NCBI GenBank assembly: GCA_035341855.1
Contig: DAOQWA010000010.1
Span: 15,678 to 79,677 of the forward strand
Direction: 5' to 3'
DNA length: 64,000 nt
DNA from: Bacteroidia bacterium
GTDB taxonomy: Bacteria; Bacteroidota; Bacteroidia; AKYH767-A; 2013-40CM-41-45
Shown here: piece after piece, positions 1 through 9,248 of the stretch
Position numbering within the stretch: the first letter of the stretch is position 1
Layout of the letters: every line of letters starts with the position of its first letter
The notes under the pieces: generated by a model
What the model saw: only the letters and a program-made list of their open reading frames with translations
The model's database searches: none
What the model was told of the DNA's origin: nothing
Made by a program: the position numbers and the translations under genes

Positions 1-1133
1 GGAATCGTATCTGTAGAAATCAGAGTATTCACATTGCATGGATTTCTGAAACTTATCTTTTTAAATAAATTACTTGCTTCCATTGTAACAAAAGCAAACC
101 AATCGCTCTGATCTTTTATTAAGTTGATCCCGGCAGGCCCACCGCCCCCAAGTTCTACATTTCCGACCAGGTTTGGTGTGGGAGTGCTCAAAGTGCTACC
201 CAGATTTTGAACATTTACCTTGCCATTTGTTGAATTAGATGCGAATACAAACCAGTTATCATTATCTCTTTGTATTGAGACACCGGAAGGATTAGCGAGA
301 CCTGCGTATAATTGTGAATTGGACACCGGAGCATTCAATAAACTATTTCCAAAATCAACAATATTTATATCGTTGCTTGAATAACAGCTCGTAAAAGCAT
401 AATAGTTTCCACAATCTCTTGCAACCGCTACATCAATTGCGCCCCCACCGGATAGGCTATATGGCGAAGAGACAACCGGAACATTGTTGATGGAATTACC
501 GAAATTTACGACAGTCAGACTGCTGCCAATAAAGTTTGCAATTACGGCAACAACATTACCTGAACTTTCTTGCAGAAGTTCTAAACCTCTCGGAAAGTTT
601 AGGTTACTTGATACAACTACCGAACCTGCTGTCGGAGCGGCATTCAGCCCATTTGCGAAATCAAATTTCGTTGCAGTATTATTAAATACACTTAGAACGA
701 TGGCGTACCATATCCCACCTTCCTGATAAAAAGCGATGCCATTCGGAGAACCTACTAATCCCAGCATATTTCCGAGATCTGTAATTTGTGTAGGAGGAGC
801 ATCAAATCCATTTCCGTAGTCATAACGAATTATTTTATCATCACCACGACTGCAAGCAAAGACATAATTACCGCTTGTGTCAGAAACAGGTGTAATACCT
901 GAAGGTGTATTGAGGAATCCGGTAACATCATTTGTATCTGTGATCAAAGAGTCAAAGTCGCCAGCACAAAAGTCCCAGGTATAACTTACTGCCCCCGTTG
1001 ATGTGTTGTTAAAGACAGTCGTTGAACCCGCACACGCAGGTCCTGATGCAGTATATAATGCAGAAGGGCACTGGCTATGTGATTCAAATTGAATGGCAAT
1101 AAAAAGGAAGAATAGTAGAATCAGATTTTTCAT
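1..1133 (-). CDS. Secreted repeat protein, partial (5' end in window, continues past position 1). It has an N-terminal signal peptide and beta-propeller-like repeats of about 45-50 aa with recurring L-N-x-P-x-G-I/V motifs.
   Basis: Reverse-strand translation from ATG at 1133..1131 gives MKNLILLFFLFIAIQFESHSQCPSALYTASGPACAGSTTVF..., with a hydrophobic signal then Gly/Asn/Ser-rich repeats. The frame stayed open to the window edge in my hand translation. It is absent from the ORF track because no stop lies in the window. Confidence 0.5.
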   Translation of the reverse strand, partial: MKNLILLFFLFIAIQFESHSQCPSALYTASGPACAGSTTVFNNTSTGAVSYTWDFCAGDFDSLITDTNDVTGFLNTPSGITPVSDTSGNYVFACSRGDDKIIRYDYGNGFDAPPTQITDLGNMLGLVGSPNGIAFYQEGGIWYAIVLSVFNNTATKFDFANGLNAAPTAGSVVVSSNLNFPRGLELLQESSGNVVAVIANFIGSSLTVVNFGNSINNVPVVSSPYSLSGGGAIDVAVARDCGNYYAFTSCYSSNDINIVDFGNSLLNAPVSNSQLYAGLANPSGVSIQRDNDNWFVFASNSTNGKVNVQNLGSTLSTPTPNLVGNVELGGGGPAGINLIKDQSDWFAFVTMEASNLFKKISFRNPCNVNTLISTDTI

Positions 1134-1274
1134 TCGATGAGAGTTAATTGGCACTTATCAGCTCTAATTGCCAATAATGCTGAATACGAAAAAAACGAAT
1201 AAATCTCTTAAGCCTGACTGAAAATTAAGTGTGTTGTAAGCAGTCGAATGTTAAAAAGTAGCTATGAAAATAGC

Positions 1275-2213
1275 CTATATTTCTATCGAACATTCTTTGA
1301 GATAGCTCTCATAAGTCAGCTTAATTCCTTCTTTGAGATGGATTTTAGGTTTCCACCCTAATTTCCTGAGTTTGGAAGAGTCCAAAAGCTTTCGAAAGGT
1401 ACCATCAGGCTTCTCCTGATCCAGTTTGATCCGGCCATTGAAACCTGTGATTTCTTTCACCATCTGGGCTAATTCAAGAATACTCAGATCTTCACCGAAA
1501 CCAACGTTCAGGAATGTGCGATCATCATAGTTGTTCATGATGAATAAACATGCTTCAGCAAGATCATCAACATGCAAAAACTCGCGAAGAGGTTTTCCGC
1601 TACCCCAAATTTCAACCTCTTTGTGACCCTTTACCTTGGCCTCATGAAATTTTCTCAACAAAGCCGGAAGTACATGTGAATTCTTCAGGTCGTAATTGTC
1701 GTTAGGTCCGTATAGATTGGTAGGCATAGCTGAAACAAAATTGCAACCATATTGATCCCGGTAACTCTCACATAATTTTATTCCGGCAATTTTTGAGATG
1801 GCATAAGGCTCATTAGTGCTTTCCAGAGGACCGCTCAGCAAATATTCTTCCTTTAATGGTTGTGGGGCACCTTTAGGATAAATGCAGGATGAGCCAAGAA
1901 ATAGGAGTTTTTTCACTCCTGCCAGATAAGCACCATGAATTAGGTTCATTTCTATGGCAAGGTTGTCGTATAAAAACTCAGCGCGGTAAATATTATTCGC
2001 ATTGATTCCTCCAACCTTGGCTGCAGCAATAAAAATATATTCCGGTTTTTCTAAATCATAGAATTCCCTGACCTGTAACTGATCTCTTAGATCAAGCTCT
2101 TTAGATGTTCTGATAATCAGATTCTCATAACCTTGTGATTTAAGCAAGCGTACAATGGCAGATCCTACCATTCCTTTGTGTCCCGCAATGTAAATCCTGG
2201 AATCTTTATTCAT
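1275..2213 (-). CDS. fcl: GDP-L-fucose synthase (GDP-4-keto-6-deoxy-D-mannose 3,5-epimerase/4-reductase)
   Basis: 312 aa. N-terminal Rossmann GHKGMVGSA and an overall Fcl/WcaG-like sequence. Its start overlaps the gmd stop by 8 nt, the classic gmd-fcl pair. Confidence 0.9.
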   Translation of the reverse strand: MNKDSRIYIAGHKGMVGSAIVRLLKSQGYENLIIRTSKELDLRDQLQVREFYDLEKPEYIFIAAAKVGGINANNIYRAEFLYDNLAIEMNLIHGAYLAGVKKLLFLGSSCIYPKGAPQPLKEEYLLSGPLESTNEPYAISKIAGIKLCESYRDQYGCNFVSAMPTNLYGPNDNYDLKNSHVLPALLRKFHEAKVKGHKEVEIWGSGKPLREFLHVDDLAEACLFIMNNYDDRTFLNVGFGEDLSILELAQMVKEITGFNGRIKLDQEKPDGTFRKLLDSSKLRKLGWKPKIHLKEGIKLTYESYLKECSIEI

Positions 2214-3318
2214 GGTAATTGAAGATCTTGTGACCTCCTTCTTTTAAATATTTGTCCTTACGAAAAAGGAGTACATCAGCAGACATCATTTCTCTCACTA
2301 GCATAGCAAGATCATATTTGGGTTTCCAACCTAATTTTTCATAGGCTTTACTTGCATCACCAATCAATAATTCAACTTCTGTGGGTCTGAAATAGCGAGG
2401 GTCAACAGCCATGACTTGTTTTCCTATAGGCAATTGATATTCTTTCATGTTACATTTACTTACAACAGCTTTTTCATTCACACCTGCACCGCTAAAAGTA
2501 ACTTCTATTCCCACCTCAAGAAATGCCAGTCGCAAAAACTCCCGAACAGTATTGGTCTTTCCCGTAGCAATCACAAAATCTTCAGGAACATCTTGCTGAA
2601 GCATGAGCCACATAGCTTCGATATAGTCATTTGCATGTCCCCAGTCTCTTTGTGCATTTAAATTGCCTAGATAAAGTTGATCCTGTAACCCCAATGCAAT
2701 ACGTGACACTCCTCTGGTAATTTTACGGGAAACAAAAGTCTCTCCTCTCAGCGGTGACTCATGGTTAAATAGAATACCATTGACTGCAAACATATCATAA
2801 GCCTCACGATAGTTTACAGTGATCCAGTAGGCATACAATTTCGCTACGGCATAAGGTGAACGAGGGTAGAAGGGTGTCTTTTCTGATTGCGGAGTTGCCT
2901 GAACCAGTCCATATAATTCTGAGGAAGAAGCCTGATAAATTTTTGTCGTTTTCGCCAGTCCAAGCAACCTGACTGCTTCCAAAATTCTTAGTGTTCCGAG
3001 TCCATCTGCATTAGCTGTATATTCAGGTGTCTCAAAGCTGACCATCACATGCGACATGGCGCCAAGATTATAAATCTCATCAGGTTTAACTTCTTGTATT
3101 ATCCTGATAAGGTTGGTGCTGTCTGTCAAATCACCATAATGTAATTTGAAGTTGATATTTTTCTCATGAGGATCCAGATAAAGATGGTCGATGCGGTCTG
3201 TATTGAAGAGTGAACTTCTTCTTTTTATACCATGGACCATGTATCCTTTTTTCAGAAGAAACTCGGCGAGATAAGCTCCGTCTTGTCCTGTAACTCCGGT
3301 GATCAGTGCTGTTTTCAT
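2206..3318 (-). CDS. gmd: GDP-mannose 4,6-dehydratase
   Basis: 370 aa. [27 protein letters not shown]-terminus, YxxxK SDR-extended signature, immediately upstream of fcl. Confidence 0.9.
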   Translation of the reverse strand: MKTALITGVTGQDGAYLAEFLLKKGYMVHGIKRRSSLFNTDRIDHLYLDPHEKNINFKLHYGDLTDSTNLIRIIQEVKPDEIYNLGAMSHVMVSFETPEYTANADGLGTLRILEAVRLLGLAKTTKIYQASSSELYGLVQATPQSEKTPFYPRSPYAVAKLYAYWITVNYREAYDMFAVNGILFNHESPLRGETFVSRKITRGVSRIALGLQDQLYLGNLNAQRDWGHANDYIEAMWLMLQQDVPEDFVIATGKTNTVREFLRLAFLEVGIEVTFSGAGVNEKAVVSKCNMKEYQLPIGKQVMAVDPRYFRPTEVELLIGDASKAYEKLGWKPKYDLAMLVREMMSADVLLFRKDKYLKEGGHKIFNYHE

Positions 3319-3488
3319 ATTTATTTATCCCTAGGAAATATTTACTAATGAGGGAAAGATTCATTTATGTGAGTTCCAAAGGTAGTAATAATTTCAGCAC
3401 TGATTCCCAAACTCCTACAGCTAAATAGTTGAGATTCGCCAATTGATTTATATCTTGGGCTTTGAACTTACGACTTTTAATTATTCTT

Positions 3489-4088
3489 ATGAAGCTTGTT
3501 TTTGCCACCAACAACAATAATAAACTTAAGGAAGTTCGCCAGCTTATGCCTGATAATATTGAGATACTTAGTCTTAAGGATATTGGCTGTGAGGATGAAC
3601 TGCCCGAAACAGGAAGAACTCTCAACGACAATGCATTTCAGAAAGCACAGTATGTTTTTGAAAAATATGGTTGGAATTGCTTTGCAGATGATACCGGACT
3701 GGAAGTTCAGGCACTTGGAGGCAGACCGGGCGTTCTTTCTGCCCGTTATGCCGGACCTGCGTGCAGAGCAAGTGATAATATAGAGAAGCTACTCACAGAA
3801 TTAAAAAATGAAGAGAACAGGGCAGCTCGGTTCCGAACTGTCATTGCCTGCTTTCTTGACAAGGAAGTTTTGTATTTCGAAGGTCAGATCAATGGCACGA
3901 TCACTACGAATGAAAGAGGTGAAGGCGGATTCGGCTACGATCCTGTTTTTCTCCCTGAAGGTTCAGATCTAACTTTTGCTGAGATGACAGCCGAGGAGAA
4001 GAATAAGCGAAGCCACCGTTCTGAGAGTATCAGGAAATTTGTTCATTGGTTAGAACTTAACTCGAAAGATCCGGTAACTTCTGATTAG
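3489..4088 (+). CDS. rdgB: Non-canonical purine NTP pyrophosphatase (dITP/XTP pyrophosphatase, Ham1/RdgB family)
   Basis: Translation from the internal ATG 3489 (MKLVFATNNNNKLKEV...) has the Ham1 hallmarks (FATxNxxKxxE, ...FADDTGLEV..., GFGYDPVF). The track ORF begins at an upstream ATG 3462, which gives a non-native leader. Confidence 0.85.
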   Translation: MKLVFATNNNNKLKEVRQLMPDNIEILSLKDIGCEDELPETGRTLNDNAFQKAQYVFEKYGWNCFADDTGLEVQALGGRPGVLSARYAGPACRASDNIEKLLTELKNEENRAARFRTVIACFLDKEVLYFEGQINGTITTNERGEGGFGYDPVFLPEGSDLTFAEMTAEEKNKRSHRSESIRKFVHWLELNSKDPVTSD

Positions 4089-4148
4089 TATGCATGGGCT
4101 TATTAATTGCATGATCTGTAATTTTTTCCTTTGCCTGTAAAATTTATT

Positions 4149-5228
4149 TTAATTTTTTACATACCTGGTAGCATAGAAGAATACAAGAAACATCAATATA
4201 AAATAAAGTGAGAATAGTGCTGTATAGATGTGTTTCCATTCACCCAGAAACTTTTCTATGATGATGACCAACATCAATGAGATAAGTGTCATAAACCAGA
4301 ATACCATTGCAACCTGCCTGTCACTCAGACCTAAATAAGCCAGGGCATGTGTAGTATGATCTTTTCCTCCAACAAATGGAGAACTTCCTTTGAATAGTCT
4401 GTTGATTACCACTGTTGTGGTATCAATTATTGGCATGATAAACACAATAAGTGGTAAAAGAAGATTTCTTGCACTTATGAGGTCACCAGAAGGAGGCTCT
4501 GCATTCCAGAGAAATTTAATCCCGATGGCTGCGAGAAAGACACCCAAAAACTGACTGCCGGTATCTCCCATGTACATTTTTGATGGATGCCAGTTGAAAT
4601 ATAAAAATCCAATAAGTGCACACATTACACCAATCATAATCATGAAATAGACACTTCCGAAATCTTCATGGAGTACCATGATAGCTAATGCAGAGAGGAT
4701 AATTGAAATACTCACCGTGGAAGTGATTGCATCCATATTATCGAGCATGTTCAATGAGTTCATTATCCCTACGACCCAAAAAATTGTGATGATATAATTC
4801 ACCGGTTCTACATATGATAAGGATATTTCAGTCCCCGTAACGAGTAGGATGATGGCACAGGTGATCTGTGTTGTAAGTTTTAAAAATGGTTGCGTATTGT
4901 ATGCATCATCTGCAAGTCCCAGTAGAAAACCAAGCATCGTTGCAAGAAGGATCCCTATAAATTCTTTGCTTAGAAATACCTGATTGCTATCAAAAAAAAT
5001 AGAGTAGGCAATAATGGATAAGAGAAATATGATGTAGAATGAAAACCCACCCACAGCAGGTTTCGACTGAGAGCCCCAGCGAATAACCGTGTCGTCCTGA
5101 TTTCGTATTCCAAGAGTCCTGACAAATTTTAAAAAGAGTCTATTGATCAGAAATGAAAACACCACCGAAACAACGGCGAAAATTCCATATACCAAGAGAA
5201 GGTAATTTACGTTTGAAGTCATACGCAA
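4149..5228 (-). CDS. Polyprenyl-phosphate N-acetylhexosamine-1-phosphate transferase (WecA/MraY family, GT4 superfamily), the priming glycosyltransferase
   Basis: 359 aa, about 10 predicted TM helices, DDxxN- and NxxNxxD-like motifs (LADDAYN, NSLNMLDNMD) typical of the MraY/WecA/WbpL family. It sits in the polysaccharide locus. Confidence 0.6.
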   Translation of the reverse strand: MRMTSNVNYLLLVYGIFAVVSVVFSFLINRLFLKFVRTLGIRNQDDTVIRWGSQSKPAVGGFSFYIIFLLSIIAYSIFFDSNQVFLSKEFIGILLATMLGFLLGLADDAYNTQPFLKLTTQITCAIILLVTGTEISLSYVEPVNYIITIFWVVGIMNSLNMLDNMDAITSTVSISIILSALAIMVLHEDFGSVYFMIMIGVMCALIGFLYFNWHPSKMYMGDTGSQFLGVFLAAIGIKFLWNAEPPSGDLISARNLLLPLIVFIMPIIDTTTVVINRLFKGSSPFVGGKDHTTHALAYLGLSDRQVAMVFWFMTLISLMLVIIIEKFLGEWKHIYTALFSLYFILMFLVFFYATRYVKN

Positions 5229-5350
5229 CGAAAAGAGAAGAGTTGATTTCGCATTGTAAAATACTTATTTACTAATAACTGCATATCATCATTGGGTTAT
5301 AGTATGATTTGAATGGGTGAATGATCGAAATAAGTCCGTTAGATTGAACG

Positions 5351-5887
5351 TCAAATTTCTATGTTATTTAACCCAACCAGTTCAAGGTCCTTTTCAGAGA
5401 CTATCGGATTTTTCGTCCTCCATTGTATCCCTAATTCAGGACTATTAAAGAGAATGCCGGCTTCAGAATCCTTGTTGTAGTATTGCGTCACTTTATAGGC
5501 AAATATCGTGTCATCTTCCAGCGATTCAAATCCGTGTGCGAATCCGGGTGGTATCCACAACATTTTTTTATTGTCTGCATTCAATTCAATAGAAAAGGTT
5601 TTTCCGAAAGTTGCAGACTTTGGTCTGATGTCGACGACAACATCTAAAGCAGCCCCTGCTATAACTCTTACCAGTTTACCTTGAGCATGGGGTTCCCGCT
5701 GATAATGTAATCCTCGTATAACACCTTTCTGGCTATGGCTTTGATTGTCTTGCACAAATTCAACATCCAGGCCATTCGCTCTGAATAATTTGTTGTTGAA
5801 TGTCTCCAGGAACATTCCACGATCATCTTTAAATATTTTTGGCTCAAGAATTATCAGGCCTTCAATTTCTGTGTCTATGAATTTCAT
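5351..5887 (-). CDS. rfbC: dTDP-4-dehydrorhamnose 3,5-epimerase
   Basis: 178 aa cupin. MKFIDTEIEGLIILEPKIFKDDRGMFLETF ... RGLHYQ ... matches RmlC throughout. Confidence 0.9.
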   Translation of the reverse strand: MKFIDTEIEGLIILEPKIFKDDRGMFLETFNNKLFRANGLDVEFVQDNQSHSQKGVIRGLHYQREPHAQGKLVRVIAGAALDVVVDIRPKSATFGKTFSIELNADNKKMLWIPPGFAHGFESLEDDTIFAYKVTQYYNKDSEAGILFNSPELGIQWRTKNPIVSEKDLELVGLNNIEI

Positions 5888-5944
5888 TTTAAAATACTTC
5901 CCGGAGATTCAATATATAACAACATTTGAAAGAATCCGGCTGTT

Positions 5945-8368
5945 TTAACTCCAAGTACCGAATATTTTCCTTTTTATCTTTTCTCTTAGTGACAGGTTCT
6001 TACGTGCTTCATCGTCATAATATCCATAACCATACCCGTACCCATATCCATATCCATAGCCGTAACCATAACCATACTTAAATCTTGAAGTCTCGACGCC
6101 ATTAAGAACTACAGCAAGATTTCTGATTTTATATTCGTCGATGAGTTTATTAAGATTCTGGATAAACATTCGTTTCGAATATTGTGCACGAACGATGTAA
6201 ATTGGATAGTCGGCCCTTTGAATGACTTCAACACCATCTGTTACAATACCTACCGGCGGGGTGTCAATTATTATTATATCATATCTTGATTTTAAAAAGT
6301 CGAGTAGTTCATTCATCTTCTGACTTAAGATGAGCTCAGATGGGTTAGGAGGGATCGGTCCGGCAGTAATAAAATCCAGATTCTCCAAATTACTTTTATT
6401 GATACAGTTTTCTGCAGTATCACGACCAATGAGAATCGTGCTCATTCCCTGAATATTCTCAACATTAAATCCAAGGTGGATTTTTGGTTTACGCATATCC
6501 AGGTCAATAATGACGACCTTCTTGTCAGAAAATGCAATCACGCCGGCCAGGTTAATAGCTACAAATGTTTTACCTTCTCCCGAAATGGTTGATGTGATAG
6601 CTACAACTTTCGGTCCCGGTTCATTGCTGATAAATTGAAGATTAGTACGGACAGATCGGAATGATTCAGAAATTGCTGATTTTGGATTCTTGTCTACAAG
6701 CAACTGTGATACCGGGATCTCACTCTTGTATTTTGGTATGATACCAAGCAATGCGGCATCAGTATACATATTGATCTCCTCCAGAGAAGTGATTTCGTTA
6801 TGAAAAAGATACTTTACAAAAATTATAATAAAACTCAGGATAAATCCCAAAAGCATACTTCCGGCAAGGATCAGCTTCCTGTTTGGAGTCAGTGGTACCG
6901 GAGATGGTTTACCGCGTTCAAGTAAAATGTTGTTTGTAACGATACCTGCCTTGGTGATTGAAAACTCGACTTTCTTTTCAAGTAATAACTGATAAAACTT
7001 TTCGTTCACAATGAACAGTCGATTTAATCTGGAAAGTTCTGCCTCCTGTGCAGGGAGTTTTAAAAATGTTTTTTCAAAGTCTTCTATGCGTTCATCAAGT
7101 GTGTTGATCTTTTGTGTGATGGCTTCACGTGCATTGTTTATACTAAGTATGAGATTTTTTTTCTGTGCAGTAATGTCTTTTTGTAATGCCACAACAGCTG
7201 CATTCTCGTCGGTAGCGAGGAATTTGATCGACGACTTCTGATCTTCTAAAGCTTGTATTTTCGTTACTAAGCCCTCAATAACTGCATCTGTATATGTGGA
7301 AGATAATAATGGAAGTAAATTTTCGGAATTTTGGTTTGCATTGATGTCTACTTCAAGTCTTTTCAAGATGGCTAATTGAAGCTGGTGCTCTATTCTTTGG
7401 TCTATAAGTGAATTGATATGTGAAAGAGCATCTTCTGCATTTTGAATAGGACTTAAAATCAAATTCTCTTTCTTGAATTGTTCGATCGAATTTTCTGATA
7501 GACGTAATTGTGTGTCGATGCCTAAAACCGTTTCGTCAATAAATTTTAAAGACTTATCAGCTCCCTCTGATTTTCTTTCTCTGTCATAGCGATCAAATTC
7601 ATCAACAAGAGTGTTTACAAAATCCGCAGCTTTCTGCGGATTGCGGTCCTTAAATGCAATTTTTACCGTTTGAGCACTTTGGTTTAATACTACGACACTT
7701 ACTTCGTTATAATATTTATCAATTACCTGTTCAGTGGTGTAAAAAACGACATAATAAGAATCATCATTCGCTGTAGTTTCAGTTTGGCGCTTGATTTGTT
7801 CGTAGTCAAGGATATTCAACTTGATCTTCAATCCTGGAATACTAACCCAGGTACCAACTGGAAATATGCCGCTTTGTTTCGAAAGGGTTGTGTTGTATGT
7901 TAGTTCAAATTTTTTGTCGCTTTCGAAGTTGATAAAGAAATTCTTTCCAAAATATGAGGAGTCTGTTAATTCATATTCGATTTGGAAGGGACTTTTCGAA
8001 TACATCTCATGGTCGATGACTTTTCCGTGTGCATAGTACCCTATATCCAATGGCATTCTCTCCAAGACTCGTGAAATCATCAGGCGTGATCTTAGAAGTT
8101 CTATGTCACCGGCAAATTGATTGGATCCTAAAACATCCAAAGCCTGACTATTTTGAATATTTAAAACGGCACTGGCAGTATTCACTGTTCCGATTTTCAA
8201 CATCGACTGACTTAAATAAATCGGGTGGGTATACCTTAGGTAAAGAACAGCAGAACTGATAAAAATAGAAAGAATGATCACCAGCCAATAAAAGTTCTTC
8301 CTGGCAATAATCGTGAAGAGTTTAAAGTCAAACTCTTCATTCAGATTCGATATTTTCTTTTTACCCAT
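5945..8368 (-). CDS. wzc: Polysaccharide co-polymerase / tyrosine autokinase (Wzc-like: Wzz domain plus BY-kinase)
   Basis: 807 aa. An N-terminal TM and a long coiled-coil periplasmic Wzz-like region, a second TM, a cytoplasmic P-loop (ITSTISGEGKTFVAINLAG), DxD, and a C-terminal tyrosine cluster that here is a strict dipeptide repeat YGYGYGYGYGYGYGYGYGYY. Confidence 0.85.
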   Translation of the reverse strand: MGKKKISNLNEEFDFKLFTIIARKNFYWLVIILSIFISSAVLYLRYTHPIYLSQSMLKIGTVNTASAVLNIQNSQALDVLGSNQFAGDIELLRSRLMISRVLERMPLDIGYYAHGKVIDHEMYSKSPFQIEYELTDSSYFGKNFFINFESDKKFELTYNTTLSKQSGIFPVGTWVSIPGLKIKLNILDYEQIKRQTETTANDDSYYVVFYTTEQVIDKYYNEVSVVVLNQSAQTVKIAFKDRNPQKAADFVNTLVDEFDRYDRERKSEGADKSLKFIDETVLGIDTQLRLSENSIEQFKKENLILSPIQNAEDALSHINSLIDQRIEHQLQLAILKRLEVDINANQNSENLLPLLSSTYTDAVIEGLVTKIQALEDQKSSIKFLATDENAAVVALQKDITAQKKNLILSINNAREAITQKINTLDERIEDFEKTFLKLPAQEAELSRLNRLFIVNEKFYQLLLEKKVEFSITKAGIVTNNILLERGKPSPVPLTPNRKLILAGSMLLGFILSFIIIFVKYLFHNEITSLEEINMYTDAALLGIIPKYKSEIPVSQLLVDKNPKSAISESFRSVRTNLQFISNEPGPKVVAITSTISGEGKTFVAINLAGVIAFSDKKVVIIDLDMRKPKIHLGFNVENIQGMSTILIGRDTAENCINKSNLENLDFITAGPIPPNPSELILSQKMNELLDFLKSRYDIIIIDTPPVGIVTDGVEVIQRADYPIYIVRAQYSKRMFIQNLNKLIDEYKIRNLAVVLNGVETSRFKYGYGYGYGYGYGYGYGYGYYDDEARKNLSLREKIKRKIFGTWS
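6016..6076 (-). repeat. Imperfect hexanucleotide (GGN-TAY)n microsatellite encoding the (GY)9-10 tyrosine-cluster tail of Wzc
   Basis: Plus strand ataaccatacccgtacccatatccatatccatagccgtaaccataaccatac, which is the reverse complement of GGNTAT repeats. Third positions vary, so the repeat is imperfect at DNA level but perfect at protein level. Confidence 0.8.
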
Positions 8369-8372
8369 GTCC

Positions 8373-9122
8373 TTACTTCTGAACTATGTTAATAACCAGT
8401 AAAACTGCTGTTATTATACCTACAACAGGAGTAATTTGTTGCCAGATCCTTTGCTTGTAGTTGGCGGCTGCTTCAACATATATTATGTCGTTGGAAAGCA
8501 CCTGCAATTCTGAATTTTTTAATCCATCAAGGCTTGATACATCTACCAAATGAACCTGCGGGTTTTTTAAATCGCCTCTGATGATTTTTATTCTGTAAGC
8601 TCTTCCGTTATCGGGTATTCCACCGGACAAAGCCAATGCTTCTAAAAGTGTTGTATTGTCGTTTTGCAGATTTACCAGAGTTCCACGACCACCATCGCCT
8701 TGAAATACGAGAACATGCCTGTTGGTCACTTTGATTATCACGAACGGGTCATTGTAATACTTTGCAAATTTCTTTTGTAACATCTCTTCAGTTTCACTGA
8801 TGGTCAGTCCTTTTACATACGTTCTGCCAATGATAGGTAATTTGACTTCACCATTGGATTCTACAAGATAAGTGACAGTAGGAACGAGTGCACCGGGATT
8901 TTGTGCATTGGAAGAGGTCACATCAACAAGCTTAAATCCATCATTACTGAAAATATGCATTTCAAGTCTGTCGTTCTCGCTTAGTTGATAGCTCGTATGT
9001 TTAGCACGCATCGAATCAACTGCATATTGATAATTATCCGGAGCCTGGAACATTCTGTTCGGAGCCAAGGATCGGCAGGAGAACATTGAGACTGCTATAA
9101 GTAAAAAGAAAATATTTCGCAT
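8373..9122 (-). CDS. wza: Polysaccharide export outer-membrane protein (Wza/BexD family, Poly_export plus SLBB)
   Basis: 249 aa, signal peptide with a lipobox-like SMFSC, conserved Poly_export-type core. A 4-nt gap separates it from wzc. Confidence 0.75.
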   Translation of the reverse strand: MRNIFFLLIAVSMFSCRSLAPNRMFQAPDNYQYAVDSMRAKHTSYQLSENDRLEMHIFSNDGFKLVDVTSSNAQNPGALVPTVTYLVESNGEVKLPIIGRTYVKGLTISETEEMLQKKFAKYYNDPFVIIKVTNRHVLVFQGDGGRGTLVNLQNDNTTLLEALALSGGIPDNGRAYRIKIIRGDLKNPQVHLVDVSSLDGLKNSELQVLSNDIIYVEAAANYKQRIWQQITPVVGIITAVLLVINIVQK

Positions 9123-9223
9123 TTTCGAGATTATTAAACAAAAATAGAACTTTTCATTGAATAGAAAATTGGCTTCCTGACAAGGTTGCGAAGCATATCA
9201 ACACAGCTATTCTAATGAGCTTG

Positions 9224-9248
9224 AAAACCCGCTACAGTAGCGGGTTTT
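9224..9248 (-). terminator. Short GC hairpin flanked by A4/T4 between GT4 and wza (weak intrinsic terminator or attenuator)
   Basis: AAAA-CCCGCT-acagt-AGCGGG-TTTT, palindromic so it can act on either strand. It abuts the GT4 stop codon. Confidence 0.45.

Noticed and set aside
484-726. 80-aa plus-strand ORF at the window start
   Set aside because: It lies entirely within the minus-strand secreted repeat protein gene, whose translation is coherent (signal peptide plus repeats). It is a shadow ORF.
3164-3631. Minus-strand ORFs 3164..3364 and 3365..3631, and the plus-strand ORF 3496..3783
   Set aside because: They overlap the gmd 5' end and the rdgB gene in alternative frames. The translations are low complexity. 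gmd and rdgB explain the region.
6016-6076. The regular short repeats as a CRISPR array or minisatellite outside genes
   Set aside because: It is a 6-nt coding microsatellite inside wzc. No repeat-spacer architecture exists anywhere in the window.
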